From an uncultured archaeon (GTDB taxonomy: Archaea > Thermoproteota > Nitrososphaeria > Nitrososphaerales > Gagatemarchaeaceae), in the NCBI GenBank assembly GCA_963817525.1, contig CAWFOU010000001.1, positions 896,001-960,000 on the forward strand: a stretch of DNA of 64,000 bases. Reading direction: 5' to 3'. The notes beneath the pieces were generated by a model that worked only from the letters and a program-made list of their open reading frames with translations, searched no databases and was not told where the DNA came from. Below, piece by piece: positions 52,571 to 62,031 of the stretch. Numbering within the stretch: the first letter of the stretch is position 1; each line of letters starts with the position of its first letter. A program made the translations under genes and the position numbers.

Positions 52571-52580
52571 TGTTATCGAA

Positions 52581-53003
52581 TCACCTGTATGATTTCTGGC
52601 GTCTTCTTCTTGCTCCTGGGCCGCCGAACTTCTTGGGCTCGGTCTGCCTCGGATCGCCCGCTAGGAGGTATTTATTGTAGGAGGCCATCCTTTCCTTCAG
52701 GCTCGCGCCCTTCACCTGATCGATGAATGCGCGGGCTATCGCCATCGCCGCCGCGTCCGCCTGGCTCATGAACCCCCCTCCCGCCACGCTGACGTCCACG
52801 TCGTACTTCTCCCTGAGCTCGCCCACTATGACCACAGGGGCCATCATGTGGAGGCGCGCGACCTCGGGCGTCCAGACCTCGAGGGGAACGCCGTTGACCC
52901 TGATCCTGCCCTTGCCGACCGTCAGCGCTGCGGTGGCCCTAGAGGTCTTCCTCGCTCCCGGGTAGAGCTTGGGCCTGTTCGCGGGCCTTGTCTGTGTGAC
53001 CAA
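52581..53003 (-). CDS. rps9: 30S ribosomal protein S9
   Basis: [27 protein letters not shown]. Confidence 0.97.
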   Translation of the reverse strand: MVTQTRPANRPKLYPGARKTSRATAALTVGKGRIRVNGVPLEVWTPEVARLHMMAPVVIVGELREKYDVDVSVAGGGFMSQADAAAMAIARAFIDQVKGASLKERMASYNKYLLAGDPRQTEPKKFGGPGARRRRQKSYR

Positions 53004-53010
53004 TTTTATC

Positions 53011-53520
53011 TCAACCGTTCCATCCGATGTTGTGCGCGAGCTCCGCGATGGTCGTGTACATCGGGAGCGGCCTCGTGGCCAGGGCCACGTCTATCTTCGT
53101 GAGTTTCACGCCCGTGTACTTTTCGGGGACGCCCATGAAGAACCTTACCCTCTTCAGGCCTAGTGTGCCCTTTGCCTTTGTCTTCGGGACCATCCCGCGG
53201 ACCATCCTCCACATGATGTTGTCCGGCCTCCTCGGGTGCAGGGGGCCATACATGGGGTTGACCTTGCTCCCGAGCTCGAGCCTCTGCTTCCACTGCTCGA
53301 TCACGGCGTCCCTCTTCCCCGAGAGCACCGCCTTCTCCGCGTTGAGCACGACCACCCTCCTTCCCCTGAGTATCTCCGAGGCCACCACGGAGCAAAGCCT
53401 GCCAGCGATGTGCCCCGACGCGTCGACGTAGAGCACGCCGTCCGCGGTGGGTTTCGGGCCCTTCGCCTCTGCCACCGTCGGAGGGGCAGCGACCGTAGCC
53501 GTCTTGGCCTTACTTGACAA
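53011..53520 (-). CDS. rpl13: 50S ribosomal protein L13
   Basis: VDASGHIAGRL, NAEK, GPLHPRRP, VRGMVP. Confidence 0.96.
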   Translation of the reverse strand: MSSKAKTATVAAPPTVAEAKGPKPTADGVLYVDASGHIAGRLCSVVASEILRGRRVVVLNAEKAVLSGKRDAVIEQWKQRLELGSKVNPMYGPLHPRRPDNIMWRMVRGMVPKTKAKGTLGLKRVRFFMGVPEKYTGVKLTKIDVALATRPLPMYTTIAELAHNIGWNG

Positions 53521-53872
53521 GGGCCACTCCGCTCCCTTCGGGGTACTTGTCGACGAACTCTTCTACATTGTAGGTCTTCCCGCCGGCGCCCTCTATCTTC
53601 GCCCTCGCTGAGGCGGAGAAGGAAAAGGCGCCCACGTCGAGCTTCTTCTCGAGGTTGCCGGTGCCGAGGACCTTCCCTGGGACGAAGACCGCCGAGACGC
53701 CTATCCTTGAGAGGCGGGCCACATTGACCTCTGGCCAGGTGACCGTCCCCGAGGAGAGGTATCTCGCGGCGTCCCCCCATATCCCGGACTTGTCGCCGCG
53801 GGCCTTCCTCTCGAGTAGGACGATGCTGCTCCTCAGGAGCTTGTTCGCCTTGGTCAGCTTGAGCGCGGTCAT
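53510..53872 (-). CDS. rpl18e: 50S ribosomal protein L18e
   Basis: EVNVARL, VPGKVLGTG, FSASARAKI; start MTALK. Confidence 0.94.
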   Translation of the reverse strand: MTALKLTKANKLLRSSIVLLERKARGDKSGIWGDAARYLSSGTVTWPEVNVARLSRIGVSAVFVPGKVLGTGNLEKKLDVGAFSFSASARAKIEGAGGKTYNVEEFVDKYPEGSGVALVK

Positions 53873-54516
53873 TGTGCTGCCTTCTCCTCGACTTCCTTCT
53901 GGAGCTCCTTTAGCTTCTCTTCGAGCTTCTCGATCGACCTGGTGACTATCTCCTTCGCGGGCATCGTCCCGCTCGTCTCCACCTTCAGGATGAACGTCCC
54001 CTCGCCCTTGCCTTCCGTGAGCACCGACGCGGTCGCGGGCTGCCACTTTGCGTGCTCCTTGCCCCTGCCTAGCCTGGCGTAGGCCTCGAGCTTGACAGAC
54101 TGGCCGACCGCGAGCTTGACTATCGGGATGTTGGGACTGACAGGGCTGATGTCCCTGTCCTCGGAGACCAGGTCGCCGGAGACCACGGTGCGCGGCTTGT
54201 CCTTCGCGGTCGCGTCGAGCACCAGGAGGACGCGGCACTTTTGGCACCCGAGCGGGCTGCCGCAGTCGCACTTTTCTGGGAGGACGTACCTCTCCAGGTC
54301 GGTCTTCAGCGGTATCATGCCCAGCCTGTGGGCGAGAATCTCGTCGTAGAGGACAGAGGAGTTCTCGAGTATCACGATGTCGTCGATCGCCATGGAGGGG
54401 ACCTCCGAGATGCAGAAGCGCCTCACGGCATTAGCGTAGCTACGGTCGACGCCCTCCAGCTGCAGGGCGATCGTGTCCTCGGTCTCTTGAAGGACCTTTA
54501 CCTTAGGCGCTACCAA
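53869..54516 (-). CDS. rpo3: RNA polymerase subunit D (Rpo3)
   Basis: ANAVRR..EVP, NSSVLYDEILAHRLGMIP, GKEHAKW. Confidence 0.97.
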   Translation of the reverse strand: MVAPKVKVLQETEDTIALQLEGVDRSYANAVRRFCISEVPSMAIDDIVILENSSVLYDEILAHRLGMIPLKTDLERYVLPEKCDCGSPLGCQKCRVLLVLDATAKDKPRTVVSGDLVSEDRDISPVSPNIPIVKLAVGQSVKLEAYARLGRGKEHAKWQPATASVLTEGKGEGTFILKVETSGTMPAKEIVTRSIEKLEEKLKELQKEVEEKAAQ

Positions 54517-54785
54517 ATCTGGATATCACTCACCGTGGGAACAGAGATTTTACGATGCAATTCCTGGGGTTTAAAAGCCTTAGCCGGTCTTCTTTGGCTT
54601 GTCTTCCGCCAAACGGTGATTTGCGAGCGCGTCCCGCGTCGGGCGATGTGGTGCTGGGTGTTTGGTTTTGAAGCGCCACGTGAAGCTTCACGAAATTATC
54701 AAGTCACTGGCCTTTCGCAATCTAGCCCTTGAGATTTCATTGGGGCTTAAGTATCAAACGGACGTATTGCGTTCGAATCGGCAGT

Positions 54786-56168
54786 TTGAATGAGCCCTTC
54801 GCGGCGAAGAATCGAGAGATATCGATGGCAAGACGGGAGACCATCGGAAGGCATCGGGAGATGTCTTGTAAGACGTACGAGTTGAAACTAGACAAATCTC
54901 ATCTCTCGAACGAGAATCTTCATGCGCTCCACCGCCTTTTCTTGGAGGCCAAATGGTTCTACAACGCCATGCTGACCTCCCCGGGAGGGCCTAACGCATT
55001 CGATTACAAGCAGAAGGACGTAGTCGTACTCAACAAGAAACGAGGACCAGAAGTTCGTCGAATCGCGACATTGACCTCCCACATGCGTCAGTCTATCATC
55101 GATAGGGCGAAGCAAGCCATCAGGGGGCTCGCCGTTCAGAAGAAGAGGCACAGAGTTGGGGCGCTCAGGTTTACCAGCCAAATCTCATCAATACCTCTGA
55201 AGCAATATGGTCGAACATACGACATCAGGGGAGAAAGGGTGAAGATTCAAGGCATTAAACAGCCTCTTAGGGTAAGAGGGACTGATCAAATCCCTGAAGA
55301 CGCGGAGTTTACGTCCGCAGACCTGATCTTCCGGAGCGGAGACTACTTCCTCCATGTCACGGCGTACGAGAATCCCAAGACTGAGACTTCAACGAAGACG
55401 CCAAAGAAACGGGCAGTAGGCATAGATGCCGGAATCAGAAACCAACTCACCCTCTCTAACGGAGTTATCGTCAACTCGGATATTGACCTCCCCGCTCGAC
55501 GCATCGGGCGCCTCCAAAGGGAGCTGTCACGACGGGGGTTGAAACGAGGGAAGAATTGGTCGAAGACCAAACTCAAGCTAGACTTGACATACAATAAGAC
55601 GACAAATCGTCGCCGCGACGTAAGGCACAAGATTGTGAGCTGTCTCACGTCAAACTATGACGCTATAGCTACCCAACGCGACAATGCCAATTGGTGGCAG
55701 AAAATGTGGGGACGCCGGATAGCTTCCTCAGCGATTGGTGGGATAACAAGAGACCTGAGGGCAAAGCCTCACTTTCCCGTCGCGATCGAGAGGTTTGTTC
55801 CTACGACGAAACAATGTTGCGAATGTGGAAAGATTCGCTCGGTAGGTCTGGACGAGCGGACCTACAGCTGCGACACGTGCGGGCTGGTCATAGACCGCGA
55901 TCTCAATGCAGCCACGAACATGTGGCTAAGGATACCTGCGGAGCGCAGGGAATCTACGCCTGCAAACACGAAGGCCGCTACGGAGGAGATGATCGGATAT
56001 CTCAACAATATCCCATTTACTTCCGCAAGCCGTGTGGAGGAAGCAGGAAGCCACCAGTTCAAAACTGGTGGTAGCTCACGCTCTGCGGCCCCTTCTTCCG
56101 CCCTTCTTTCGCGTGGTGTCGTGGGGGATCGGTGTCGCGTCCTCGATCCTACCGATCCTGAACCCTGA
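54786..56168 (+). mobile_element. tnpB: TnpB RNA-guided endonuclease (IS200/IS605 group, no TnpA seen)
   Basis: RuvC-I VGIDAG, zinc finger CCECG..CDTCG, RuvC-III DRDLNAA; probable TTG start at 54786 after a cttaagta box. Confidence 0.93.
55930..56099 (+). ncRNA. Putative TnpB omegaRNA/right end with guide; 5' boundary approximate
   Basis: gaag-ccaccagtt-caa-aactggtgg-tagctcac matches the typical IS605-group right-end hairpin; following bases would be the guide. Confidence 0.65.
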
Positions 56169-56624
56169 CCTCGCGATGGCCCTGATGGCCGCCTGGGCGC
56201 CGGGCCCGGGTGTCCTTGGGCCCGTCCCGCCGACCGCCCTGACCTTGATGTGGACCGCGGTGATCCCCTTGCCCTTCGCTACGTCGGAGGCCGCGGATGC
56301 AGAGCGCATGGCCGCGTAGGGCGAGGCCTCGAACCTGTCCGCCTTTACGTGCCTCCCTCCCGAGGAGAAGGATATGGTCTCGGCCCCGGTGAGGTCGGTG
56401 ATGTGGACTATCGTGTTGTTGTAGCTGCTGTAGATGTGGACCACAGCCCACTTTTCCTTGAGGGACTCGTCCTCTTCGAGAGAAGGCGTTATCTGCCCGG
56501 TGGTGACCCTGACGGAGGCCTCCTCGTCCTCTGCTAGGTCCTCTGTGGTGGGTGCCTCCGCCTCCACTTCGTCTTCATCCTCCTTCTCGATGTCTTTCTG
56601 GAGCTCTTCTTCGGGGATTCCCAT
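56076..56624 (-). CDS. rps11: 30S ribosomal protein S11 with acidic N-terminal extension
   Basis: [44 protein letters not shown]. Confidence 0.97.
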   Translation of the reverse strand: MGIPEEELQKDIEKEDEDEVEAEAPTTEDLAEDEEASVRVTTGQITPSLEEDESLKEKWAVVHIYSSYNNTIVHITDLTGAETISFSSGGRHVKADRFEASPYAAMRSASAASDVAKGKGITAVHIKVRAVGGTGPRTPGPGAQAAIRAIARSGFRIGRIEDATPIPHDTTRKKGGRRGRRA

Positions 56625-56640
56625 TCTCTAAAGCACTATC

Positions 56641-57216
56641 CTATGCGGCCGCTGCCGCTACGGGTGCGGGCTGCTCTACCGGGGCTGGCGCAACAGCGGG
56701 TGCAGCCGCGGGTGCTGCCGGCGCTGGGGGCTTTGGAGTGCCTATCCCTCCGGTGACCTGGAGCAGGCCCTCCTCCTCCGCGGTGACCTGGTACCCGGGG
56801 ATGTCCACCGTCCTCTTGCCTATCTTGATGTGGCCGTGGACGATGAGCTGCCTCGCCTGCAGGGGCGAGACCGCGGCTCCCTTCTTGTAAATCAGGGTCT
56901 GGAGCCTCCTCCCGAGGAAGTCCTCCACGCTGAGGTTCAGGACGTCGTCGAGGATGACCCCCTCCGCCACGAGGCCCCGCCTGCTGAGGCTGTCGAGTAG
57001 CTTCTTCCCGTCCTTGGCCCGGACGTCCGCCGAGGCGGCGAGCAGGTGCCTCGCCTGCTTCCTCACGTTGCTGAGCTCTCCCTGGGTCTTCCAAAGCTCC
57101 CTCTTGTTCCTCAGGCCATAGGTCCCGACGAGGTAGAGCTCCTGCGCGAGCTGCTCGCTCCTCCACGGGTTCTTCGGCCGAGAGAACGACTTGCGAGGCT
57201 TCTTTGGGTCTCCCAT
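56641..57216 (-). CDS. rps4: 30S ribosomal protein S4
   Basis: MGDPKKPRK, YGLRNKRELW, RRLQT, ARQLIVHGH. Confidence 0.97.
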   Translation of the reverse strand: MGDPKKPRKSFSRPKNPWRSEQLAQELYLVGTYGLRNKRELWKTQGELSNVRKQARHLLAASADVRAKDGKKLLDSLSRRGLVAEGVILDDVLNLSVEDFLGRRLQTLIYKKGAAVSPLQARQLIVHGHIKIGKRTVDIPGYQVTAEEEGLLQVTGGIGTPKPPAPAAPAAAPAVAPAPVEQPAPVAAAAA

Positions 57217-57230
57217 CTAATATCACTAGG

Positions 57231-57731
57231 CTACTTCTTCTCTTCGGCGGGCTTTGCCGCGGCGGCAGCCTGCAGCGTCGCCTTCCTCACGCCGACCGTC
57301 TTCCCCTTCCTCCCCGTGGTGCGGGTGCGCTGCCCCCTTACCTTGAGCCCCAGTCCGTGCCTGACGCCCCTCCAGCTCTGGACGTTCCTCTCCCTCTCGA
57401 CGTCCGCCTTGACCGCGAGGTCGAGGTCGGAGCCTACGAGCTGCTTTGTCTCTCCGGACTCTGGGTCCCTCTTCCTGTTGAAGGCCCACTGTGGGACGTT
57501 GAGCGAGGAGGTGTCTGCGAGCACCCTCTCGATGTCCTTGACCTGCGAGTCTGATAATTGTCCGAACCTCATCTTGGGGTCTATCCCGGCGCCGCTGACG
57601 ACGGCCTGGGCGAAGTTATAGCCCACCCCCTTCAGGTCAGCGAGGGCAGCCACCGCCTTCTTCCGCCCGTCCAGGTCCTTCCCCTTCAATCTGACTAGGT
57701 ACCTGAACTCGGAGGCCTGCGGGGACGACAA
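57231..57731 (-). CDS. rps13: 30S ribosomal protein S13
   Basis: KGVG, WRGVRH..GLKVRGQRTRTTGR. Confidence 0.97.
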   Translation of the reverse strand: MSSPQASEFRYLVRLKGKDLDGRKKAVAALADLKGVGYNFAQAVVSGAGIDPKMRFGQLSDSQVKDIERVLADTSSLNVPQWAFNRKRDPESGETKQLVGSDLDLAVKADVERERNVQSWRGVRHGLGLKVRGQRTRTTGRKGKTVGVRKATLQAAAAAKPAEEKK

Positions 57732-57794
57732 ATGATTGATTTTAGCCCCTAGGCGTCACATTATAAGAATTGCCGTGCCGGCTGCCAGAGTGGC

Positions 57795-57983
57795 CTAGGG
57801 CTCTTCCTTATTGATGAGTCCGAGGCCGATGGTCCCCGTCCCGGTAACCACGCCGACCATGCAGCCCAGCGTCTGGCCATTGGCCGCGAGCGTCCCTCCG
57901 ACCACCACGAGCGCCAGGCCGATGATTATCGGTAGGACGCTCCAGATTCCGAGCCCTGCTATTCTCAAATCGGTTATGCCCAC
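57795..57983 (-). CDS. Small two-TM membrane protein
   Basis: Two hydrophobic segments; ttaaaaa box upstream. Confidence 0.5.
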   Translation of the reverse strand: MGITDLRIAGLGIWSVLPIIIGLALVVVGGTLAANGQTLGCMVGVVTGTGTIGLGLINKEEP

Positions 57984-58038
57984 CGTCGGGAGGGTCTAGG
58001 CTCTTTTTAACCATCTCTGCAGGCCCGGAGAAAAGGCG

Positions 58039-58986
58039 CTACAGGATCTCGACGCTGTCCACCTTGCCGTCGCCGTCGAGGTCCAGGCCGTGCAGGACCA
58101 CAGCAAAGTCCGCGCCCTCCGTGTAGCCCGCGAGGACCTGCTCCGCCATGTTGGTGAGGCCTATCACCGCGGCCTTCGTCGCGGCCCCGGAGAGCCCCGC
58201 TGCGACCACGCACACCTTCGACGGGTCCCAAGGGTTCTTCACCTTGGCGACGACGGAGTCGAACTCGGAGAGGTACTTCCTCCCGGAGGCGTCGACGATG
58301 GCCCCGAAGAAGCCCTCCTCGGAGAAGCGGACGGGCATGTGCGCGTTGAGCTCCGCGGAGATAACGTTGGTCCGAGGCCCGCCCACCACGAGGAGGTTCG
58401 CGCCGTGGAGCTTCTCGGTCTTGAGGTCGACGTCGAGCTTCACAGGGAAGGTGCGCGGGAGGGACACGAACTGCCCGAGGGCGAACCCCAGCTGTATCGC
58501 GTAGTGCCCGTCCCTCCCCTGGGTGCGGTTAGGGCCGTGCGCCTCCGGAGAGCCCACGACTATCCACCCGTCGAGCTGGCCGTCATCGGTGATGAACTCC
58601 TTGAGGAAACGCCCCAGCCTCCCCGACCTGGAGAGGCTCGCGGGAGGGCCGAACTCCTCGCCCTTGACGTCGAACTCGATGGCGTAGCCGTCGGATGCGA
58701 GGGCGTAGAGCTGGGCCTTGCCTCCCCTCACGGACCTCTGGGAGACGCGCTTCACCAGCCCAGCCTCCTCGAGCGTCTTCATGTGGTAGTATACAGCCTG
58801 GTGGTAGAGCCTGAGCTCGCGGGCTATGCTCGATGGGTAGTTCGGGCCCTTTGCCAGGAGGCGGAGAATCTTGTGGCCGAGGCCCGAGGCCGCGGGGAAG
58901 AAGCCAGAAGGGTCGGTGTCGGCGAGGACCCTCTTCGCCCTGCCGTCGCGCTGCTGGGGGTCGACGAGGACCTTCTCCTTGCGCAT
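58039..58986 (-). CDS. ArsR-like HTH regulator fused to a domain with an S-layer-C-like VGGP..N motif
   Basis: ILRLL..YPSSIARELRLYHQAVYYH..LEEAGLV; IVVGSPEAHGP..RDGHY; NLLVVGGPRTN. Confidence 0.8.
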   Translation of the reverse strand: MRKEKVLVDPQQRDGRAKRVLADTDPSGFFPAASGLGHKILRLLAKGPNYPSSIARELRLYHQAVYYHMKTLEEAGLVKRVSQRSVRGGKAQLYALASDGYAIEFDVKGEEFGPPASLSRSGRLGRFLKEFITDDGQLDGWIVVGSPEAHGPNRTQGRDGHYAIQLGFALGQFVSLPRTFPVKLDVDLKTEKLHGANLLVVGGPRTNVISAELNAHMPVRFSEEGFFGAIVDASGRKYLSEFDSVVAKVKNPWDPSKVCVVAAGLSGAATKAAVIGLTNMAEQVLAGYTEGADFAVVLHGLDLDGDGKVDSVEIL

Positions 58987-59147
58987 GCCTGTTCTCTGGG
59001 GCGACTATTATTAAAGAAATATGCATGGTGGGCCCTGAAAATGGCAACGGCCAGCCTTGCCGTTTGCACAACGGGTTTTGCATACTCGCCCGAGGGAATG
59101 GAGGCTGCTTATTACGGGTCGGCGCCTCGCACCTGGTTTAGCAGAAC

Positions 59148-60934
59148 ATGTGCGGAATCATAGCGGCGGTCTCCTCGGAGGAGGAGGTGGCGCCGATCTT
59201 GCTCGATGGGCTGAAGCGCGAGGAGTACAGAGGGCTACGACTCCGCGGGAGTGGCGCTCCTGAACGGCAAGGGCGTCATCACGGTGAGGAAGGACGTGGG
59301 GAGGGTCAGCGAGCTGGAGCAGAGATACCACTTCTCCCGTCTCCACGGCAAGGTGGGGATCGCCCACACGCGGTGGGCGACGCACGGGGGCGTCTCCCAG
59401 AAGAACGCGCACCCCCAGCTCTCATGCGAGGGGGAGGTCGCCATAGTGCACAACGGGATAATCGAGAACTACTTGGAGCTCAGGCGCAAGCTCCAGGCGA
59501 GGGCGCACCGTTTCGTGAGCGAGACGGACAGCGAGGTGATCGCCCACCTGATAGAGGAGGGGTACGCGAAGGAGAATGACCCTGTCAAGGCCACCCTCGA
59601 CGCGACCAGGGTCATGAAGGGGCAGTACGCCTTCGTGGCCCTCTTCAAAGACAGGCCGGACCTCCTCGTGGGAGCGAGGTACGACGCGCCTCTGGTGGTG
59701 GGGATGGGCGAAAGGACCAAGTTCCTCGCTAGCGACGTGCTGGCGTTTCTGCCCCACACCGACAGGGCGGTCTTCCTCGACAACAAGGAGGTGGTCGAGC
59801 TCACCGCCGAGGGCCTGCGCGTCCTCAACCTGAGGGGGAAGGAGGTGGCCCCGAAGGACAGGGAGGAGACCAAGGTCGCCTGGGAGCTGGGGAGCCTCTC
59901 CAAGGCCAACTACGCGCACTACACGCTGAAGGAGATACACGAGCAGCCGAGCACGGTCCAGAGCGCCATCGCCCAGGACCCGGAGAAGGTCAGGGCGGTC
60001 GCGGAGAGGCTGATGGGGGCCAAGTCGGTGGTGCTTACCGCGGCGGGCTCCTCGTACCACGCGGCGCTCCTCATGCGCATCAGGCTCGCGGTCGAGGCGA
60101 AGATGAGGTGCGAGGTGATACTATCTGGGGACTTTGAGAGGGAGCTGCCCTTCATAGACCAGGACACCGTCGTCGTCGCACTGAGCCAGAGCGGGGAGAC
60201 GGCCGACGTGCTCGAGGCGGTGAAGATGGCGAGGAGGAACAAGGTGGGGGCAGTTGTCTCCCTCGTCAACGCGGCGGGTTCCTCGCTCGCGCGGCAGAGC
60301 GACCAGACGCTCCTCCTGAACTGCGGCCCGGAGGTGGGGGTGGCGGCCACTAAGAGCTTCACCGGGCAGGTGATGCTCGGGAACCTGATAATCGACCAGA
60401 TGACCGGAAAGGACACCATCGGGAACCCCGCGAGGCTCGGCACGCTTGTCGAGCACGCGCTGGAGACCGAGCCCCTCATGAAGAGCATCGCCCACGAGTA
60501 CAGCAGCCGGCCGGACTATTACTTCATCGCGAGGGGCGGCCACTACCCAGTCGCGCAGGAGGGGGCCCTTGAAGCTCAAGGAGCTCTCGTACATACACGC
60601 CGAGGGGATGCCCGCGAGCGAGCTCAAGCACGGGACCCTCGCCCTTATCGAGAAGGGGACGCCCGTGGTCGTGATCGCCCCGAACGGCCCGGGCTACAAC
60701 GACACGATATCGAACGCCCAGGAGCTCGCGGCGAGGGGCGCCGAGATAATCGGGATCGCCCAGAAGCCCCACCCCGTCTTCAAGCACACCATCAAGATAC
60801 CAGCCTCGAACGGGACGATAGCCCCGGTGATTGAGGTTGTGCCCCTCCAGCTCCTCGCGTACTTCATGGCGACGGAGAAGAAGAACGACCCCGACCACCC
60901 GAGGAACCTGGCAAAGTCCGTCACCGTCAAGTGA
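59148..60934 (+). CDS. glmS: Glutamine-fructose-6-phosphate aminotransferase, two frameshifts (near 59233 and 60570)
   Basis: MCGI, YRG/YDS, HTRWATHG, HNGIIEN, SQSGETAD, ELKHG, PRNLAKSVTV. Confidence 0.96.
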
Positions 60935-60950
60935 GGTTAAATCCCGACCG

Positions 60951-62018
60951 TTGGATAGCAAGGTCGTGGTAGAGAAATCGGCGGAGAGGGCTGCCAGGGA
61001 CAGCAAGGCGAAGAGATACCTGAGATACCCGGAGAAGGCGATAGAGGTGGGGCCCAAGAGCGTGTCGCAGCTCCTGGACGCGATGAGCGAGACCGGCTTC
61101 CAGGGCAAGAGGCTCGGGGAGGCGGCGAGGATCTGGTCGGAGATGACCCAGGCGAAGGGCCTAACGATATTCATGGGCTACGCGGGCTCGATGAGCACGA
61201 CGGGCCAGTGGAAGATCGTGAGGTGGCTCATAGAGAACAGGTACATCGACGTCCTCGTGAGCACGGGCGCGAACGTCTCGGAGGACATCTTCGAGGCGAT
61301 GGGGCACAAGTACTACCAGGGGACCTGGATGGCGAACGACGAGGACCTGCTCGACGCCAAGATAGACAGGTTCTACGACATCTACGCGGACGAGTACGAC
61401 TACCGCGAGCTGGAGAGCCTCATCAAGGAGTTCGCCGCGACCCTCGACCCCAAGAGGCCATACTCGACGAGGGAGTTCCTGAACAGGTTCGGCGAGTACC
61501 AGTGGAACAAGGGCATCAAGAGCATCACAGCGACGGCGTGGAAGCACAACGTCCCCATCTACTCGCCAGGCCTCATCGACAGCGGGTACGGGGTGGCGCT
61601 GAGCCTCCTGAAGCGCGAGGGCAAGCTCATCAGGCTGGACCAGACTCAGGACATGGAGGAGCTCGGCCAGATAGCGGAGAGGACGAAGAAGACGGGTGTG
61701 GTCTACATAGGGGGCGGTGTGCCCAAGGACACCATCCAGCTCGCGACGATAATCAAGTCCCTCGCCGAGGGAGGCGAGGACGAGACACCGCACGACTATG
61801 CGATCCAGATCACCACCGACTCGCCGCAGTGGGGAGGGCTCTCCGGATGCACCCTGGAGGAGGCCATCAGCTGGGGGAAGATCGCGGCCGACTCGAAGAG
61901 GAGCGTGGTCTACTGCGACGCGACGCTGGCCCTCCCGCTCATCGCTCACGCCATGAACGAGAAGGTGAGGAAGAGGGCGGACCCTCCCGACCTAAAGTGG
62001 GTCTTCAAGAACAAGTGA
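60951..62018 (+). CDS. Deoxyhypusine synthase-family protein
   Basis: GFQG, GGGVPK, GGLSGCTLEEAISWGK (catalytic Lys retained), DATLALP. Confidence 0.9.
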   Translation: MDSKVVVEKSAERAARDSKAKRYLRYPEKAIEVGPKSVSQLLDAMSETGFQGKRLGEAARIWSEMTQAKGLTIFMGYAGSMSTTGQWKIVRWLIENRYIDVLVSTGANVSEDIFEAMGHKYYQGTWMANDEDLLDAKIDRFYDIYADEYDYRELESLIKEFAATLDPKRPYSTREFLNRFGEYQWNKGIKSITATAWKHNVPIYSPGLIDSGYGVALSLLKREGKLIRLDQTQDMEELGQIAERTKKTGVVYIGGGVPKDTIQLATIIKSLAEGGEDETPHDYAIQITTDSPQWGGLSGCTLEEAISWGKIAADSKRSVVYCDATLALPLIAHAMNEKVRKRADPPDLKWVFKNK

Positions 62019-62031
62019 GCGCGGGCCACCG

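Noticed and set aside
56080-56168. TnpB C-terminal extension overlapping rps11 as a functional domain
   Set aside because: Most simply read-through past the right-end hairpin, which lacks an in-frame stop; the sequence is constrained by rps11.
58987-59147. glmS ribozyme upstream of glmS
   Set aside because: No recognisable ribozyme core, and the region is short and shared with a divergent gene.
2288-60934. Many frameshifted genes read as pseudogenes, programmed frameshifts or phase variation
   Set aside because: Breaks fall mostly at homopolymer or dinucleotide runs and hit essential genes (eIF2 gamma, glmS, S27ae, DUF359), which fits long-read indel errors better.
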